A stretch of DNA of 58,206 nt from Klebsormidium nitens (taxonomy: Eukaryota > Plantae > Klebsormidiophyceae). The notes under the pieces were generated by a model. It ran no database searches. It worked only from the letters and a program-made list of their open reading frames with translations, and was not told the origin of the DNA. Of the stretch, positions 55,601-58,206 are shown one piece after another (within the stretch, counting starts at the first letter, position 1; each line of letters opens with the position of its first letter). Position numbers and translations under genes: made by a program. The stretch is taken from the NCBI GenBank assembly GCA_000708835.1, contig DF237508.1, positions 1 through 58,206 of the forward strand. The letters are read 5' to 3'.

Positions 55601-58168
55601 AATCAGTATCTGTAAGACGTGAGGCAAGGCCGTCCTGATTGCTTTTGATGATTGACCGGCTCTTATGAATTAGTGTTTCTTATCCTCCTAATTATCGCAG
55701 GCAGTAGAATATCCGTCTTTTTGAATATTCACCACTGACAATGTGCATTCCACGACTGGATAATATTTAATCCAGGCGCTTCAAACGCTTACTTTCTGAA
55801 ATGAGCAACCGCAGGCGAAGCTGCGTAAAGCTGTGAAGTGGAGAGCCGACAAGCGTGGGTCAATTGACAGCTCACCTCGGCCCCATAGGAAGATTGGGGT
55901 GTGATAGCGGTAGTCTCCGTAAATGACAGCTGGCGCTTCCGTATCGAGTTCGCGTCGTGCAACTCCTGCGAAGGGCACGTGGATCATTCGTCATGACGGG
56001 ATCTTTGTCTGCCGGATGCGTAGTCTGCTACCAGAGGACTTCGATCATCAGTGAACCTGGAAACGTAAGAAAGCTCACCCACGAGAGATCACAGGCACAG
56101 ACGTCACATGCAACGCAAGCTTTCGAAAGAAGCACCGACATGTAGCTCTCCCTTTCCTCGAGCCAAAGGAAAGTTTCCTGTCTACGCATCTCTCGCATGG
56201 GCATCCAGTCTCAAGGAAAATGGCAAGATGAGGGCAAGCCTCGCAAACAGAAAAGGAACCTATCGAAGGAGGGGAGAGGTGTTCCTGGAATCCAAGCACA
56301 ACTTAAGAAGCTCCTGTAAGAAAAGTGGTCTGCACGGCATCCCTTACCTGGCGAGGTATACCAAAGACCGCCACCGAGCTGGTGAAAATGAGCGTCGGCC
56401 TTGTCTTCAAGGCTCGGGCCCTTTCAACGATCGCTCTCGTAGCATCGAAGTTGACCTGCAAGCAACGGTCACATTAAGATGAGAGAAGCGCCTTGCTCTT
56501 GGTATTATAGACCATTCTTCTTGGGTCGTGAACATGTAGCAAAGGAAGCAACACAATCAAAACTAGTGACCACCAAGTCTGTCCGGGCTGAACGCATGGG
56601 GGAAGGGGTGTCCGGCGCTGGCATCAAAAACTTCAGACGCTGAGACTCCTACTCGGGTTGAACGACTGCCTGATAAATGGCGCCAAGGTATATTACGAAA
56701 GAGAGCTCACGACAACTGTAGGATTAGCAGGAGCTTGTCAGGAGTAGAGTGGCAGAACAGCTCGTGCATGCCACCGGCTCGCAAACCTTTGCGTTGAAAT
56801 GGGTAACTCCAAAAGTGTCTCACTTTCATCCCCAGGTCGTAGTCACTCTCTGCATGAGAGCTCACGATGGCAGCCAGGTGAAAGATGCTGCACAGAAGAA
56901 TCCATCCTCATTGAAACACCTCAGATCTGCTGATTATGCAAACTGACCCGATTCACCTTGAAAGAAATTATGACGCCCATTTGCAATAAACGTGAAACTC
57001 TTGGACAAATGAAAAGTGCCTCTTCTGCAATTCTTCGATTCCGCACTGAAAGGGTTTCCAGGGCTGCTAGACAGCGGCCAGACTCATAATGAGTAGGTCG
57101 CATCACTTGCCTAGTTAGCTGGCTATTTCGGGCGGGCGCACTCTGAGTGCTGCATTCTCTTGTGCAACCACTGGGGACAATTGCTGCCAACATTGGTCGA
57201 TGGATTAAACTTCACCAGACCAAGACATGCTACCTCCCGGCAAACAGTAGGTGTCTCATACAATAACTGGGATGATTGATACCTGGTTACGTCTTCCGTG
57301 AGTACACTTGCCAGAAAAGAGGGGTCCGTGATGTCCCCTGTAACCTGGGCAACAAAATGCAGGTCATCAAACTAGACAAAAGCCTGAAACATGTTCAGAT
57401 CTGTCAAGGTTATGGTTTACAGGCTTCTCTAGAAGCACTCATGACGTTGGTCGCCAACTTTGTGTGGCTCGTCAGGGATACACCCAGCGATATCTGGACA
57501 AGCGATGTGATTTATTGACAGTCAAGGAGCCTAAAAGTTGGGGAGGGCCCATAAGAGGAGAACCATTACACTCAGTAGCAAGTGGCCCCACTTTGGTCCC
57601 AGCGACGTCTCTGTATGCCCAAAGAAGAAGAGTTGCTGAGACGCGATGACTAAGCCAACCGGTTGTGATAGTTTGGCAAGGTTGGCATATCTAAAGCCAC
57701 CAGAACGCAACACTCAATTGACCCTCAAAACCCGCTTTGGTGGTCCTGTCGCCTGCCAAATCTGCCTACAAAGTGAGGACAAGTTTTTAAACCCCGCCCA
57801 GCTTACATTCATTGCAGCAAGCGACTAGCTGACAGAGACTTCAAACGCCCGTGCGTGTCTTGCATGATCAAAGCAGACCTCCTCAGCAGCTTATGAAACA
57901 ACTTCAAACAGCCCCGGCAGAAAATGAGCATGCAATGTGGGTGCAACCGCCTCATTCAATCATGGAAATTAAAATGCTGATATGGTGGCCTCACATGCTG
58001 AGCTCCTGGAATAGGTTCCACCGGTTCCAGAATGTCTACAAGGAGAAGCTTGGTTCCACCGTCCGATTGCTCATTGGATGGCCCCGGCGCAACGGCCTGG
58101 TCTTTAATGAGAGCTCTCGCCAGGCGCTGACCCAGAAAGCCTGCACCACCACTTATCAGGATCGTCAT
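52685..58168 (-). CDS. denD: NAD-dependent epimerase/dehydratase-family SDR, D-erythronate dehydrogenase (DenD)-like, 11 exons, ~335 aa
   Basis: Exons 58168-57995, 57344-57283, 56887-56824, 56455-56348, 55965-55876, 55396-55299, 54913-54808, 54333-54244, 53713-53657, 53117-53017, 52742-52685. Motifs ILISGGAGFLG, IFHLAAIVSSHAESDYDLGMKVN, FTSSVAVFG, catalytic YGAEK, RLPTVVVRPGKPNKAASSFASGIIREPL, IERIVSSWP. An acceptor-like TTGTAG just upstream of the ATG suggests a further 5' exon outside the window. Substrate is inferred from motif recall only. Confidence 0.85.
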
Positions 58169-58206
58169 CTTTAGCCTACAATATGCAAGTTCTCAGGGGC
58201 TGAGCT

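Overview
Intron-rich eukaryotic nuclear DNA. The plant-like PRP39, TIM22 and NAA30 genes, the GC-rich exons and the introns of a few hundred bp suggest a streptophyte green alga such as Klebsormidium; this is inference. I spliced six genes by hand and every exon phase closes. (1) A 37-exon, ~4,277-aa fibrocystin-L/PKHD1L1-like membrane protein on the minus strand (33884-1541): signal peptide, IPT/TIG repeats, two PA14, two G8, PbH1 repeats, Pro-rich stalk, TM and a long tail. (2) TIM22. (3) NAA30/MAK3. (4) An unrecognised probable nuclear protein. (5) PRP39. (6) A bacterial-type DenD-like NAD-dependent dehydrogenase with 10 introns. The most unusual signal lies in the introns of the giant gene. 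At five exons (2, 19, 20, 23, 35) the neighbouring intron holds degenerate tandem 'echoes' of the exon end plus its splice site, up to six extra copies. Unit lengths are mostly ~144-154 bp, many copies keep the AG or GT, one is in frame, and two echo sites carry telomere-like TTTTAGGG tracts. Other oddities are a second DD-motif PA14 nested inside a TIG domain, an acidic insert ending in RPRR, strong TGACGTCA enrichment, CATG-dense intergenic patches and a candidate poison micro-exon in PRP39. All counts were made by eye and no database searches were run.
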